From the NCBI RefSeq assembly GCF_036588685.1, contig NC_086378.1, positions 88,288,001-88,352,000 on the forward strand: DNA of 64,000 nt, read 5' to 3'. This document shows, in pieces, positions 11,851 to 26,200 of this stretch. Both the position numbers and the translations under genes were made by a program. Every line of letters begins with the position of its first letter. Position 1 is the stretch's first letter. The stretch is from Mytilus trossulus (taxonomy: Eukaryota). The notes beneath the pieces were generated by a model, which saw only the letters and a program-made list of their open reading frames with translations, searched no databases and had not been told where the DNA came from.

Positions 11851-12496
11851 AGAAAACATCCACGAATGAGATACACACACAAAAGCAAAAATAAAATAGT
11901 TTACACATTAAAAACACATATAGATAAGTTGAGTAACTAAATGAGCACAAAGCAGCAGAAGCACTATAGTAAAGATAATAAAAAAAAATAGATTTGCCAT
12001 GCTGAAAATAAAGCATGAACAAAAATAAAAGAAATTAAATGTAGGCAAAACATTGGCATGATCTGCCAGACCAAGAATTTATCAAGTTCTCGAATTGATT
12101 TAAAGATGATTGCTTAGCTCATAGCTTAGCACCTGCATACCTTAAAGATTGTATGTCGTATGCATACAGTTGTTCTTATATGTGGTACCGTAGTTCGGCT
12201 GAATTCTGGTATCTGAAAGAGTAAGTGTATTAAATCATGGAGTTAACAGGACGATCTTTATTAATAATTTTGCAATCTTCAATAGCCAATGATCTCAATC
12301 TACTTATTTTTAAAGACGATAATTTTGATTTGAAGAGTAGATCTTCATAACTTGCTGAATAGTCTTCATAGATAAACCCTAGTGCATTCTCTTTTGCTTT
12401 TACAAACAGTTATTCTTATTACTCACAATGGGCTTTCGTATGAATTACAATAGGCATTGCTTCGTTAACAAAAAGGATTTCCTATACATGTATCTC

Positions 12497-12693
12497 GTGG
12501 GTCTCATTGGGGTCTAAGCATGACGCGGGATTGCCGATTTTTTGTAAGCGTGACCCGTGAAAATTATTGTGTCGTGAAAACGTGAAATGAGGTCTAGCGG
12601 GACCCGGGAAACGACAAAAAATTGAGAATTGCTTACGTACATAGTTTAAGCGGGGTACAGGATTCTAACAAAGAACCCCCCAATGAGACCCCC
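12497..12693. mobile_element. MITE with a 6-bp TSD
   Basis: TIR gtgggtctcattgggg / ccccaatgagaccccc; TSD tatctc on both sides. A related left end lies at ~38547. Confidence 0.75.
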
Positions 12694-13406
12694 TATCTCC
12701 AAATAGACTTTCGTATAACTGCATCATGTATATGATTAATAGTCGTACTCGTACTGGTACTCGGAGTCGGGTAGTAAATATCTAATAACCTTTTTGTTAC
12801 ACCCAATACGAAACGATATTACACTGAATAAGATTTCACATTTCTCCCAAAAGGCTGTCGTGTTTCTCTCAATAGGAGTTTCATATGATTGTCATATGCT
12901 TTTGTATTACTCCCAATCAGCTTTTATTGCTATACCATTTTTTTTTGGTAAATGAATTCATATTCACTTTCGTATTACTCTCGATAGGTTCGAATTATTC
13001 TCAATTGGCTTTCGTATTACTCCAAATAGCCGCTTCATGTATAACAGACTCTCAAAGTTTTCGTATTTCTCCGAATTAGTATTCATATTACTCCCAATAG
13101 GCTTTCTTATTTCTGCCAATGCTTTTTTCATTTGTATAAATCCCTATACACTTCCGTGTTCGTATTTCTTCCACTGAATAGTCTTTTGCTTTTCACTCAA
13201 TAGGCAAAAGCCTTTTGCATTTATTAAAAAAAAATCATGTTATATTTCAAATTTTAAGCCGGTTATTTGTTTTAAAAATATATTTGCCTACATCACCGAA
13301 AGCATTTCATTTTTTTTAATCATAGAATACCTCAAGGGAAATCTAATTTAACTACATATCTATGAAATTGATCCTGTGAACTAATATAATTATAATATGT
13401 GTATAT

Positions 13407-13959
13407 AGAATAAGAATAAGAATAAGAATATTTTATTACTCCAATCAAGGGCCCTTGATGGGCAGCATAACATGTACACATAGAACAATACATCATGATT
13501 TGTAACAGAAAAACAGTTTTATATAATAAAATATTAAAAAAGTTCAGACAGGTGTTATTATCTTCATTATATAAAAATCATATATACATTTAATTCCAGG
13601 CACGATCAGAACCATAAAATTATTACAATTTTCAATAATTGTTATTACTTACATTAATTAACATTTCGTCTAACATCTAGACATTTAATAATATAGCTCC
13701 CTAAATATTTAAGTATAGACACATTTTCATTAATAAATAACCAAACAAATTTTGCCTCATTTGAAAGATGTATAAAATTAGGACAAATACAGTTTATCTC
13801 CTTGAAAAATATCTCCCTATCATTTGTGTATGCTGGACAACTAGTAATAAAATGTTGTTCATCTTCAACCAGATTTAGAGTACATTTCTTACAAAGCCTT
13901 TGATCTCTTTCTATAAATAATGTTTTATACCGGTCTCTTTCTATTTTGAGATCATGACA
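13407..13959 (-). mobile_element. 5'-truncated LINE 3' fragment (RTE-X/CR1-like C-terminal CCHC region) with an (ATTCTT)n tail
   Basis: Minus strand reads CHDLKIERDRY...QRLCKKCTLNLVEDEQHFITSCPAYTNDR; AATAAA is followed by (attctt)n at 13407-13438. Confidence 0.75.
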
Positions 13960-14265
13960 AAAACAAAACCAGCATATCCTTAATTGGAAATAAAATATGT
14001 TCTATATATAAATCATGTTTTAGTCCCACCCTTTAAGGCATTTAGAGTTTTAACATAGAAGCTAGGGCTATATATATCCTTGGAAAAGACAAAGACAGTG
14101 CCATTCCACAACAAATGGAAGTTTTTAACGACCTTGACTGGCTATACAGCCTTTGCACGGTCGGTACTTATACTCCAATTAACCAGATATCGATTTTATA
14201 CTCTATTTTTCTACCACGGAATTTATCCTTTACCGTCTTTGATCCCACAACAATTAATTTTCATA

Positions 14266-14275
14266 ACTTCCGGAA
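14266..14275. promoter_or_regulatory. Palindromic ETS/GABP-like motif just upstream of the RBBP5 ATG
   Basis: ACTTCCGGAA 11 nt before the start codon. The same ACTTCCGG motif precedes TMEM147 (38314-38321). Confidence 0.45.
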
Positions 14276-14285
14276 AGCGGTCAAA

Positions 14286-17200
14286 ATGAATTTAGAACTT
14301 TTAGGTTTGTAAAATTATGAATTAAATGACAATCTACACAACTGTTTGGTAAGCAGGCATATAAAATACAAATAGGTACACTGTGTTTTTGAAAACTACA
14401 TTGCAATAGGAGTTTAACGCTGATGGTACAGCTTTTCGGATTCTGTCATTGTAAAAAATGTTTTGTTTACATCTCGAATATAATAGGGCTCTTCACGGTT
14501 AGTTCGGCCATATTGGATAGGGGGCAAAAATACGGGAAAACATCATAGAAACAGAGCAGTTGCTTGGAAACACACATAGGATTTCCCATACTTTCATACT
14601 ATTTCCACCTCTTTCTAAGAAATCTGCCCCCTATCCAACATGGCCGAACTAACCGTGAAGAGCCCTATTTTTACTGATCAAGTTAAAAAGCATAAAGATA
14701 TATCAGGACCGGATCCAGCCATTTCAAAAGAGTGGTTCCCAATCCAGAATAAAAGGGGAGGGTTCGAACCCCAGCACCTTCTGCATTTGTTCTGGATCTG
14801 ACACTGTATGTATGTATGTACAGACATGTAGATCCGAAACCGTAGATCCCACTGTTTACTGAGACCCCTCGAGATCTGTGAGGCTACAGTGAAATCCGTA
14901 TACACTTCCAATGGGTATTAATGTAGAGTAGCCACTATCATATTTACAATGTTTAATATGTACATATATGATGTAAAATGACAATTCCCACCCCAACACC
15001 AGGAAGAATTAGGAAAATGGACAGAATCTGTCATTATGGTGGAGAAAGCCGAAGTACGCGGGATAAGACAAAGCAAAGTGATTTCTGAAAATTGATCTCT
15101 AGGTCAAAGTTGGAAGCAACTTTGACCAACTGAGACCCCCATACAATTAATGTAGTATCCGTTCTACATTTGTAGTTTAAACTCAGGTCTGAGTTCCAGA
15201 GATGTGTATATCAAAATTTCCTGTTTCATGAAAAATAAAATCCTTTTTAGTCTATAAAACCAAAATTACAAAATGACAAAATGCATTGCATTCCTTGAAT
15301 GAATTTTTGTTTCTTTTAATTACAGAATCTTTTGGACAGAACTATCCAGAGGTGAGTTAATCTGTTCAAATATGAAATTGGGTAAATGATGTTTAAAAGC
15401 AGACATATTTTCTCCAAAGTTATATTGAAGTATTAAATTAAATTGTTATGCCCACATGTACAAGTGAGTGAAGGCAACAGGGAAATTAACCTTGACCTTC
15501 CCATTTTCATTTCTGTACTTTAACTTTAGTCATTTGTCAGTTTGCCTCATGCAAATTTTCTGAAATTAAATGGAATATGCTCAAAATAAAAATTAACCCT
15601 TTTTAAAGAGTTATGCCTCTTTATAAAATTGCAAATGTTTTCATATGTAAGTAAGTAAGTAAGTAAATTATTTATTATAGTGACATGTGTAAATTATGTA
15701 CAGATTATAAACATATAATATACAATGATATATGATCAATAGCAATACACCCGGCCCAATGGACCTATAAGTCACCTCAAATAAAGTAAAACAATTATAT
15801 CACGTTCTAATCGTTCGTTGACGTAAGTAAATTTCAAAAATATATAGACATAAAAATATTTGTAAACAAAAATTTAAGCTTTAAATATGTAAAAAAATTA
15901 AGTGTTATATAACAACTGACGTCTGATATGAAATGCATGAACTATATATTTTGCTAATTTTCTTATGTGGAAAGACATTAAAAAGTTCAATTTGTCAGCA
16001 TGATTCAAATCTGTGAAATTTTCCTCAATTAAAAGTTTACCAAAAAAGTTAACTCGACATTCAATATACAATGGACAATCAAACATAAAATGGAACTCAG
16101 TTTCAGTTTCTTGATTTTTACAAAATATACACAGTCTTTCTTCTACACTTTCGTTTGAGTATCTACCAGTTTCCACTCTTAATGGTAAAATTCCACTTCT
16201 AAATTGCGCTAAATGTGACCGCTCAATTTTACTCAAGTTCAAATTCACATAATTTTCAGTTTCAAAGACTGTTTTAAAGTTCCTATATGTTCGTAATTTT
16301 GAAACGTCTTGGACGGAATTCCTCCATATATCTGAATACAGACGAACAATGTTAGTTTCAACCAAAGATAAATCGACCTCTGATTTCAGTTCGTAAAAAT
16401 GTCCTAGTTCAAGCTGGTCTAGTATATCCTTTACTTCACTACACCAGTTACTTTTACAACGATCATAGTCAATATTGAATGCTAATTTGGTGATGCGGTT
16501 GTTGTCAAATCGAATGAGTCTATTCCAGTATCTCACCATATTGATCCAACGCCGATACTGACTCAGGATCCAGCCGATATCTCCGTGTATAGCAAGGATA
16601 GGTGCAAATCTGTGTACTCCTAAATAGTAACGAATAGCCCTGTTCTGAATATTGTCTATTGACTGATATTTTCGGTATCCCCATACACCAGAGTCAGACG
16701 AATAATCAAGTATATGAACAATACATGAGTTGAATAATTTTTCATATGATTTATATCCAAAGTCCTTAATATTATGAATTTTAGCAATTATATTCCCAAG
16801 TGCTCGTCCGCCACTTTTCGCAAGAAGATCCACATTTGGCAAAAAACTGCCGTTGTAGCTAAATGTTATACCTAAGTATTTGTACTCGTTAACTAATTCC
16901 AACTGGTTCCTGCCCACGGTGAAATTAAACTCAGTTTGTTTCGATTTCCCTTTCCTAAAATGAATACATATGTGTATAATAACTAACAAACGCATACATA
17001 ATGCTAAAATGTAAGTTAACAAAATTGGCACTGCCAATTTGGCAGTCAAAATTCAAATTTAAGCAGTGAGTCACTTATCGTTCTAGAATTATGCCTCTTT
17101 TTAACTTTTTAAAATAGCAAAGCTTGAGCTGTGGCATTCCTGACCTCAGACACATTCTTCTTTTATTATTGTAAATTTAACTAAAAAAGGAGATTTAGAG

Positions 17201-20200
17201 CATGTTATCAGATCACACAAGAAAGATTATTATTTGTCAAGTACAAATGTAGTTCATTGAAATGTGTAGTTTTAATAAAAGATATACCGGTATACATTTG
17301 TATGTCTGTATTTTAAAAATCTGAAATGATAAAAATTATTTAAAATTAAAAGTTGTGCAGTTTTACAGCTATGACCAAAAATGATGACATTACCAGAACT
17401 ATAGTTATTACAAAATCATTTTACTTGGTAAAAAAACAACTTTGTAAATGTTTGTGTTAAAGTACATTGTACATTTTTTGTATTTGTTGTACATATACGT
17501 GTACATAGATTTTGGTTCACTGTCGATTATTATCAAGCTGTTTTCAGATTTGCAAAGATTGAGCCTATGCAAGATCAAGGTTGATAATTCACATCAGTGT
17601 TTTAAATAATATTAAAACAGTATCATGAGTATGTCTCATATATATTTACATGGTTTATGTACATGATGTACAAAATGTATTTGCTTGTTATTCCCTGCTC
17701 ATGTTTTTCAACACATACTTTAAATATACAATGTACATGTATATACATTATATACATTTTATACTGTAAAATCTTTGTGATATTTACAAAATCTGAAACA
17801 CTTTTCAGCTCTAAGAATAGAACATCTGCATGAACATGAACCTATCCATCATTTTAAATCAAAATTTAGATGATTTTGTAGCATAGGCGGAACCAGGGGG
17901 CCCACCTTTTGTGGGGAAAATTTAGTTGATTATATGGGGAATCACTGAAGCGTGACTGGAGTGGGGCCCACCTTAGGTCAGTCAGCAGGCCCCCTTACAA
18001 AAAGTTCTGGATCCGCCACTGTGTAGGACTTTATATTTTTAAGAAAAGTATGGATTCTCCTTGTTTTATGTACAAAAATGATGTACAAGCTTACACTATC
18101 AGAATAACAAACATAATTGAGATATCTTTCTTTTTACAAATTCTTGACAGGAATCTCAGTATTATTGGATGAATACATTAACTACATGTAGACCATAAAC
18201 AACAAAATTATTTTTTAATACAAAGAAACATCATCACTTGATCATATATATTTTTATTGGCTATATTTTTAGTGACAGGCCTTTAAATAGAACCTTTTTA
18301 GACATAGCATTTTTCCTTGTTTTCGTTTTTGATTTTGATTAATAACATGTATATATTCAGTATATTTGTTTACATTTATTGTGTACATGTCATTGTTTTT
18401 TTCCCCACAGGAATTTGATGGAGCATTAGATTGTGTTAGTATAGCTATAACATGTGCATTCAATAGACATGGGACATTATTAGCAGTCGGTTGTAATGAT
18501 GGACGTATTGTTGTGTGGGATTTCCTTACAAGAGGGATTGCTAAAATCATCAGTGCTCATGTACATCCAGTGTGTACTTTGTGGTATGTATCAAATATTT
18601 TTTATCAACTACTGCACCTAGTTAATTGTCGTTCTGAAATTAAAAACCTTTTGGTTGTAGATTTTGTATATATATTATATAAGTCTAAAAAAAACAGCAC
18701 TTTTGGACGATGGTTATATACCAAAAAGATGTTATAAAATCGAGATGACAAATTTTTCAGCTTAACAAATAACCTTTAACAGTGTCTATAATTTTATCAA
18801 AATAGCATTGATATATACAGTTTTTTTATAGTTTTTTTTCAATTAACACCAGTTATTGAAATATTACTATCATGCTTTGAATATGCACATGATATTTGAA
18901 TACATTTTTAACAAATATTAATTTTTCAGTTGGAGCAGAGATGGACATAAATTACTGAGTGCAGCGACAGATAATACAGTATCAGTATGGGATGTAGTGG
19001 AGGGGGAGTGTGATAAAACATACAGATTTCCCTCCCCTATCCTTAAAGTACAATTCCATCCTAGATACAGGTAACTAGATAACAAATCATACATGCTAAG
19101 AGACATCTTATAAAAAAAGTGGTTTCAAATTTTCTATCAGTGCTTTTTCCATCTTTGTGTGTTAGAAATAATTTGAAGATGAATATTGATATGTTAGGAT
19201 TTTTTTAAGCCACATTACATTTTGAGTTTACTGTAGCTCAAAAGTGAGTTAACTTTTTTTGTAGAACACAGTTTTTAGTATGTCCAATGAAACATCCTGC
19301 AGTTAAAATGGAGATTGATGGAAAACACTCAGTTATTCCCCTTGATGATGATGTAAGTACTAAGTTATTCCCCCTTGACTATGCTATTAGTATATAGTTA
19401 TTCGTCTTACAGCACATTTCAGTCAGTATGTAGCTAATGGTAATATCTTTGGTTAGCTTGCTTGTTAGCTGAACCGTGAAGTCACTGCAAGGTAAGGTAA
19501 ATTTCCCTCCTTTAATAGTAGACTTGCCCAACTGATAAAAAATGTATCTCTCTGTAGGACTAAGCTACTATTAAAGGAGGGTAGTTTACCTTACCTAACA
19601 ATAACTTCACGGTTCAGCTAACAAGCAAGCTAACCAAGATATTACCATTAGCTACATACTGACTGAAATGTGCTGTAATGACGATGTATATTTACAACTT
19701 TTTGTTATGAATGATTGATCATTTTGATTTTTAGAGTTATTTCCCTTTTAAAATGCAACAGTGAAAAATTGATTCAAACAAAATCAGAAAGTTGGTATAA
19801 ACAATGAAAATAATGCAATGAATCACTTATTATTCTTTATTTCAAATGAAAAAAATCCTTCAACATATATTGACAATCTGTCTCTTTTGCTGATTTAGGT
19901 AAAGAACTAGACCAATTGTGTTTCGCTATTTTACAATCTAAGTATACAGTTTATGTCATGCATATTACAGTTAAAACAAAATTAACAATAAATCCAATTG
20001 GTAGGTTTATTTACATGCAGAGTTTGTCAAAACTACAAATTAGATATCCAAAGGAAAAAAAAACCTTCTATCAGTCCATTAATATCAGTGTCAACAAAAA
20101 CTAAAAAATGCATAGAAGTCAAATTTTCAGTCTTTTATTGTCTTTTTTTTCTTCCTTTGTAGTCAGATTTAAACATCGTTGCATCATATGACAGACGAGG

Positions 20201-23200
20201 GACAAACATTTATACAGGAAATGCTAAAGGAAGGGTGAGTCTGTCTGTAAAAATGAAACACAAATAATTCAAAAGATTGGATGAGTTATTCCTTACTCAG
20301 ACAATCTGCTGAGTAAGATAGTGTTTATGTCCCTTTTTGTGCAATTTTTGATTTCTTATTCCATTCTGCACATTTAACGGTTTAGAAGAAATATTTAACA
20401 CTAATAAAAAAAAATCAAGTTAGAAATCTGAGACAATATTTTGTAAATTAATTTCTCTACCATGAAAAATTCTTGTGTTAGGTCAAATTAAGGTATCATT
20501 TCAGTGTTAAAAACTATGGCAAAGTATAGAATCAAATATGTGTAAAATGTTTTATATCATTCTAACATGCCTTATCAAGTGCAAATTTACAAATTTTACA
20601 AAAATATACAAACTAGACGATGTTTTCAAAGTTTGTTGATGAATTCATAAGTGTAGACATGGAAAGAAGTCTGACTATAAAATATTTAAATTATAAATTT
20701 CATATAAAAAAAAAGATGTGGTATGATTGCCAATGAGACAACTATCCACAAAAGACCAAAATGACACAGACATTAACAACTATAGGTCACCGTACTTTCT
20801 ATCTTTTAAGCAATAACATGGTCAGGTATGGCACTAAATCCTCAAGTGGTATATCAGTCTCTAGGTTCATTTTAGCAATTTTGATATAACATAAGGAAAC
20901 AAAATAAATATTCCATAACATTTAAGGATTCTTTAGAGAAATATTGAGATTGGCTTAATACATTTAGTTCAGATTATAAGGTTTCATGAGCTAGAATAAT
21001 ATTATTATACACTGACAGAGAGGAAATATATATATGGCATGAATGGTAAAAAAACACTGTTATTTTATTCTTAGTTATTTACACATGTATTGAAGTTATC
21101 TAATTGATGAATATTATGCTGTTTTATTTGTAGTTGTTGCTGTTCCATAAGTAATTTCAAGAGTATTGTAAAATAGATATATTGATTTTATTGTTTATAT
21201 TTTTTCAGATCCTTGTATTTTCTGAATCAGATTTAAAGTTACTAGCATCATTCAGGGTAACCACAGGAACATTAAATACAACAGCAATTAAATCTATAGA
21301 ATTTGCAAGGAGGGGGAGGTAAGAATGTTTGGATGTTTGGATGTAGCTACAGAAATTAAAAATTACCATGTTTTCAATATCTTAATGTGAAAGCTAGATA
21401 CAAAATGACAAGGCACATATGTGTATAAACTCATAGAAGCAAAATGTTGATTTTCTGTAATTTTAACATTTCACATAAAGAACAAACTGTGAATAAAAGG
21501 CTTCAAAATTTTTTTCAGACTGAAAAAAAAGAAAAATAGAACATCATTAATTTTATTCCACAAAAGTTAAAATGTTTATTCAGAAGTGATATGGTATTAG
21601 TATCTGCATTCTTGATGTATTATTTATTTATTAATTGATATTTGTATGCCCCACCTTCCATATTGAAGTGGTAGACATTACCTTTTCCAGTCTGTATATA
21701 TCCATCTGTTTGTCTGTCTGGTTTGAGATAGTTTAAAGTGAAATTATAGTCACATCAACATATGAGAGTTATAATGTACTTACTGAAAAGCTCAAAATAG
21801 ATGACAAATTTTAAAGGGTTTGGTTCTTATTTAATGTTTCAATGAACATAAACCTGTGATAATCCGCAGTAGAAAGAACAGCGTCCTGATGATGCATTTT
21901 CTTTTTTAGCTGTTTCCTGGTAAATTCAGCCGACAGAATAATCCGTGTATATGAATGTGGTGAAGTATTGGCTTGTGGTAAAGATGGGGAACCAGAACCT
22001 GTACAGAAACTACAAGATCTCGTTAACAAGTAACTTATTATTATGGAGTATATATTCAGAACTTGAAGTAAAATATCCTATTTATCATTATTGTGCATTA
22101 GCTTTTCATTTGAATTTAAAACACTATCATATCTTCTTTCTTTTAGGACATATGCAAAAATATACGAATAAAAAATAAGTTTCTTAATACACCATCAAAG
22201 ATTTTTTTTAAAAAGACCGACAACCAAAACAGAACAAGTTACATGCTAGATGTATGTACACATAATATAAAAGGACAGACAACTCTGCATTGAAATCATA
22301 ATGACATAGAAGTTAATGACTTTTAGTCCCTATACAGCCTTGTTAGTCCCTATACAGCCTTGTTAGTCCCTATACAGCCTTGTTTGTCCCTATACAGCCT
22401 TGTTAGTCCCTATACAGCCTTGTTTGTCCCTATACAGCCTTGTTAGTCCCTATACAGCCTTGTTTGTCCCTATACAGCCTTGTTAGTCCCTATACAGCCT
22501 TGTTAGTCCCTATACAGCCTTGTTAGTCCCTATACAGCCTTGTTAGTCCCTATACAGCCTTGTTAGTCCCTATACAGCCTTCAAATGGGAACAAAAGATG
22601 GTTCAGTTTAAAATCAATCTTAGATAATGATTGGTTGTTTTTTTTCGTTGAAAGACCATAGCTAATTTTTTGGATGCTATTTTCAAGGCAATGTAAAGGA
22701 TGTTATCATGTTCTCATTCTAGTGGACTGAGAAAAAACACATCTCAGTCAGGAGGCTTGAATTGAAAAATTATCACACAAAAAGATCAAAGCAAGAAAGT
22801 ATAGATATATCCTAAAATAATTACACAACTGAAAACTCATGTTCAGAAATATGATAACCTCTTATGTGAACAATGACATCAGATACTGCAGATAATACTG
22901 AAATCAACATTAAAATACTGTAAATTCAGAAATTATTGCGAGATTTTTATTATTGCAAATAATGCGACTGAGTTGTAAACGCAATAATTCAAACTCGCAT
23001 TTTGTAATTTTTTAACTGAATTAAGCCTGACTTTTCTCAAAATCGTAAAAATTAAAATCGCATTCAAGTGTAAAATGACAAAATCGCAATAATAAATGAA
23101 CGCAATAATTTCTGAATTTACAGTAATCCACTAACAATGAAGCTAGCTAAGTTATCTATAATCATTGGTTGAATACTGCTACACGACAATACAGTTTTTT

Positions 23201-26200
23201 CTATATCTTTATATTCACTTTGCAGTGTGTGACCAATATTTGAAATACATGTATAATAATAATCCTTTTTTGTAATAATTGTCAAATTAATGTTTTTATT
23301 TCAATCTACAGAACATTATGGAAGAAATGTTGTTTTTCTGGAGATGGAGAGTACATTGTAGCAGGATCAGCCAGACAACATTCTCTGTATATGTGGGAAA
23401 AAAGTGTGGGAAACTTAGTCAAGATATTACATGGAACGAAGGGAGAATTGTTACTGGATGTTGTGGTTTGTATCATCATTTTACTTTTAAATGAAACAAG
23501 AATATTGTGTATTTCTAAAAAACTAAATTGATTTATACACTATTTAAATTAAAACTGATTTACTGCACTGTATCAGTCTAAAAATGGATTGTAGGACAAA
23601 CATGACCATTAAAGACTAACACTCATTAACTCGTGTACTGAATTATTAGTTTATTATTATCTGTTCAGTTCTTCTCCTGAAATAAAGATAACTAGTGTAA
23701 AATAGCAAATAAATAATATTCTAAATTGTAAAAGGTTTTTCCATCTTTATGGTGACACATCTTCCGCCATCTGTGTGCAGAACTAAAGATAAGTTGAAAG
23801 GTATACTGAAATTGTTGCTTTGAGGAATATCATTTTATAAAATTACAGTGTTTGCTTAATTAATAATCCTATATTTAATTTCAGTGGCATCCTGTAAGAC
23901 CTATCATAGCCTCCATATCTAGTGGTCTTGTATCTATATGGGCTCAGAATCAAGTGGTAAATATACATTGTAAATATTAGTTAGGTGGAATGCAAAAATT
24001 TACCACAATATTATTGTTCATGAAATATAATGCCATATAAAACTACAAATCAACTTACAAGAAAAAAACAAACATATTTTTTTATATAATTGTCAAGTTT
24101 TTTATTTTGGGTTTATATCCTTTCTTTTTAGAATTCTTATCTTTGTTTATATGATCCACTTTATAGAAATATGATCACAAGTAGATTATGCTGTATTGTC
24201 ATAAATAGGACAATTAGTTGGGTTTACATATACCAGTGTCCTAGGACTCTGAAGATTTGTAATAAAATGAAAGACAGAAAATTTTCAATAAATGGCAATT
24301 TGTTAAATCTTTTCAAAATGTAGATACCATATTAACATGTTTTGTATGAAAACTGGAGTGCATTTACAACAGATACTCTATAAATATGTATTATAGGAAA
24401 ATTGGAGTGCATTTGCACCAGATTTTAAAGAATTAGATGAAAATGTAGAATATGAAGAAAGAGAATCAGAATTTGATATTGAAGATGAAGACAAAGAAAA
24501 AGAAGAAACAAAAGGTAGTGTAGAATCATTCAGTGTACTAACATACACCAGAAGGAATTTAAATGAGTGAAACAAGTAGAGAGAAGAACATGTAAAGTTG
24601 ACATTTGAGGACTTTTTTCATTTTCACAACAATATTTTCTTACATTATATTTTATAAAGATTACGCTGATGTTAAAAAACAATGTTATACTGCTTTGCAA
24701 TACCTAACCGACATGTTTTAATATGCCAATTCTATTTTATTACATTTAGGAAATGTGTTGAGGAAATTTCATCCTGAAAAAAGAGCTGCTTTTGCACTTT
24801 TGTCCATTTCAATTTTCTAATTGATAATTCTTAAGATTATTTAAATTATGAGTAAAAATAAATACATAAAAACAATTGATAATTTTTATTTATTTTAGGT
24901 CCCTATGATGAGGATATAGAGGTTGATGTAACAGCTATAGAACCTATACAGGCTTTTGTCAGCAGGTAGGAATTAAGATATACCTGTCTTTGAAGCTTTG
25001 TGGCTTCCATCAGCAGTTTTACCGTCACACATCAAGTTTACCTAGTGAAAATATCAGATCATTTAATTTTAGTCGTGATGTCAGTAAAAATTTTCATTCA
25101 ACAAAAGTTCTACAAAATTATGTTTTCTTCTTTTGGTGCCTAAACTTGGTGGTGTCATAGGCATGTTTCAATATCACACAAGGAAACCTTCTGGCTTCTT
25201 GTTTGCCTGAAAATGTAATAAATTTGAGGAAAAAGGGATTTTCGGATGTAAAATGTTGTTTTTTTTAGTTGGACTGTAATAATAAGTGTTGATTTTATTA
25301 CAGTGATGAAGACGATGAGGATGATGATGCCTTGTTATATTTACAAGTAACACCAGAGATAGATGAACCAGAGGAAGGTTGGCCATCTACCACAGATAAT
25401 AATGTAGGTAAAATAACTATTAATACCAAAGCCATTTAGTTTTCACCTTCAACATTGCTTTATTTTGTGATAACAAATTGTTGTTCTATTAAACAAACTA
25501 AATCAATAATTCTGTGTTAGATATAGTGATTGTTTGGGTTTAGTGGTAGTACTTCGCTTTTATTCTTAATATGACCAAATTTTGGCTCAGACTCACAGAA
25601 CAAAATAACTCTCATTAAAGAAGCATTTGAAGAGTCCAAAATTTTATCTAAAACATATAAAGACAATTGGTTGGGAAGCATTTATTCATTATTTTTAAAA
25701 ATATCTTAATTTAACCCCAGAATATTTGTTAAATCACAAATCTCATATAAAGTCAATTATCATTAAAAAACTCCAAATTAAATATGATGAAATTTGGCTT
25801 AACCAACTAAATAATGACAAACCTGGCATGGTGCAAGGAAATAAATTAAGGACCTGTAGACTTTTTAAAAATAATATAGGCCTTGAAAAATATTTATTGC
25901 TAAATAATTGTAAAACATTAAATGAGTTAACCAAATTTAGAATTAGTGCCCATGAACATGAAATAGAAAAGGGAAGACATAAAGGAATACCCCAGATAAA
26001 AGATTTTGTAAATTATGTAATATTAATGACATTGTTTAGGATGAAATTCATTTTCTTCTTCAATTTCCATCACTTAAAACTGAAAGATCCAGTTTCATTT
26101 TAGATTTATCCTCTAAATTTACTAATTTTAAAACTTTAAATGACCAATCTAAATTTCTATGGTTGATGTCAAATGAAGATCCATTTGTTAATAACATAAC

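Larger units (their letters stand above)
7210..12396 (-). mobile_element. Decayed CR1/L2-clade LINE 3' fragment, split by the 4.2-kb TIR element and by a ribozyme-bearing repeat
   Basis: 12396-12270 minus reads ALGFIYEDYSASYEDLLFKSKLSSLKISRLRSLAIEDCKI, a post-RT region motif. 3'UTR-like sequence continues at 11590-12050 and 7210-7385. A similar 3' end lies at ~6470-6600. Confidence 0.55.

Noticed and set aside
14010-14166. Hairpin GACC..GGCT-ATAC-AGCC..GGTC as a possible twister/HDV ribozyme
   Set aside because: Could not fit the required pseudoknots or conserved residues; treated as an unclassified repeat.
15898-17049. 383-aa ORF as a host gene with a signal peptide
   Set aside because: The first ~28 aa come from flanking DNA beyond the TSD; the rest is a truncated LINE ORF2.
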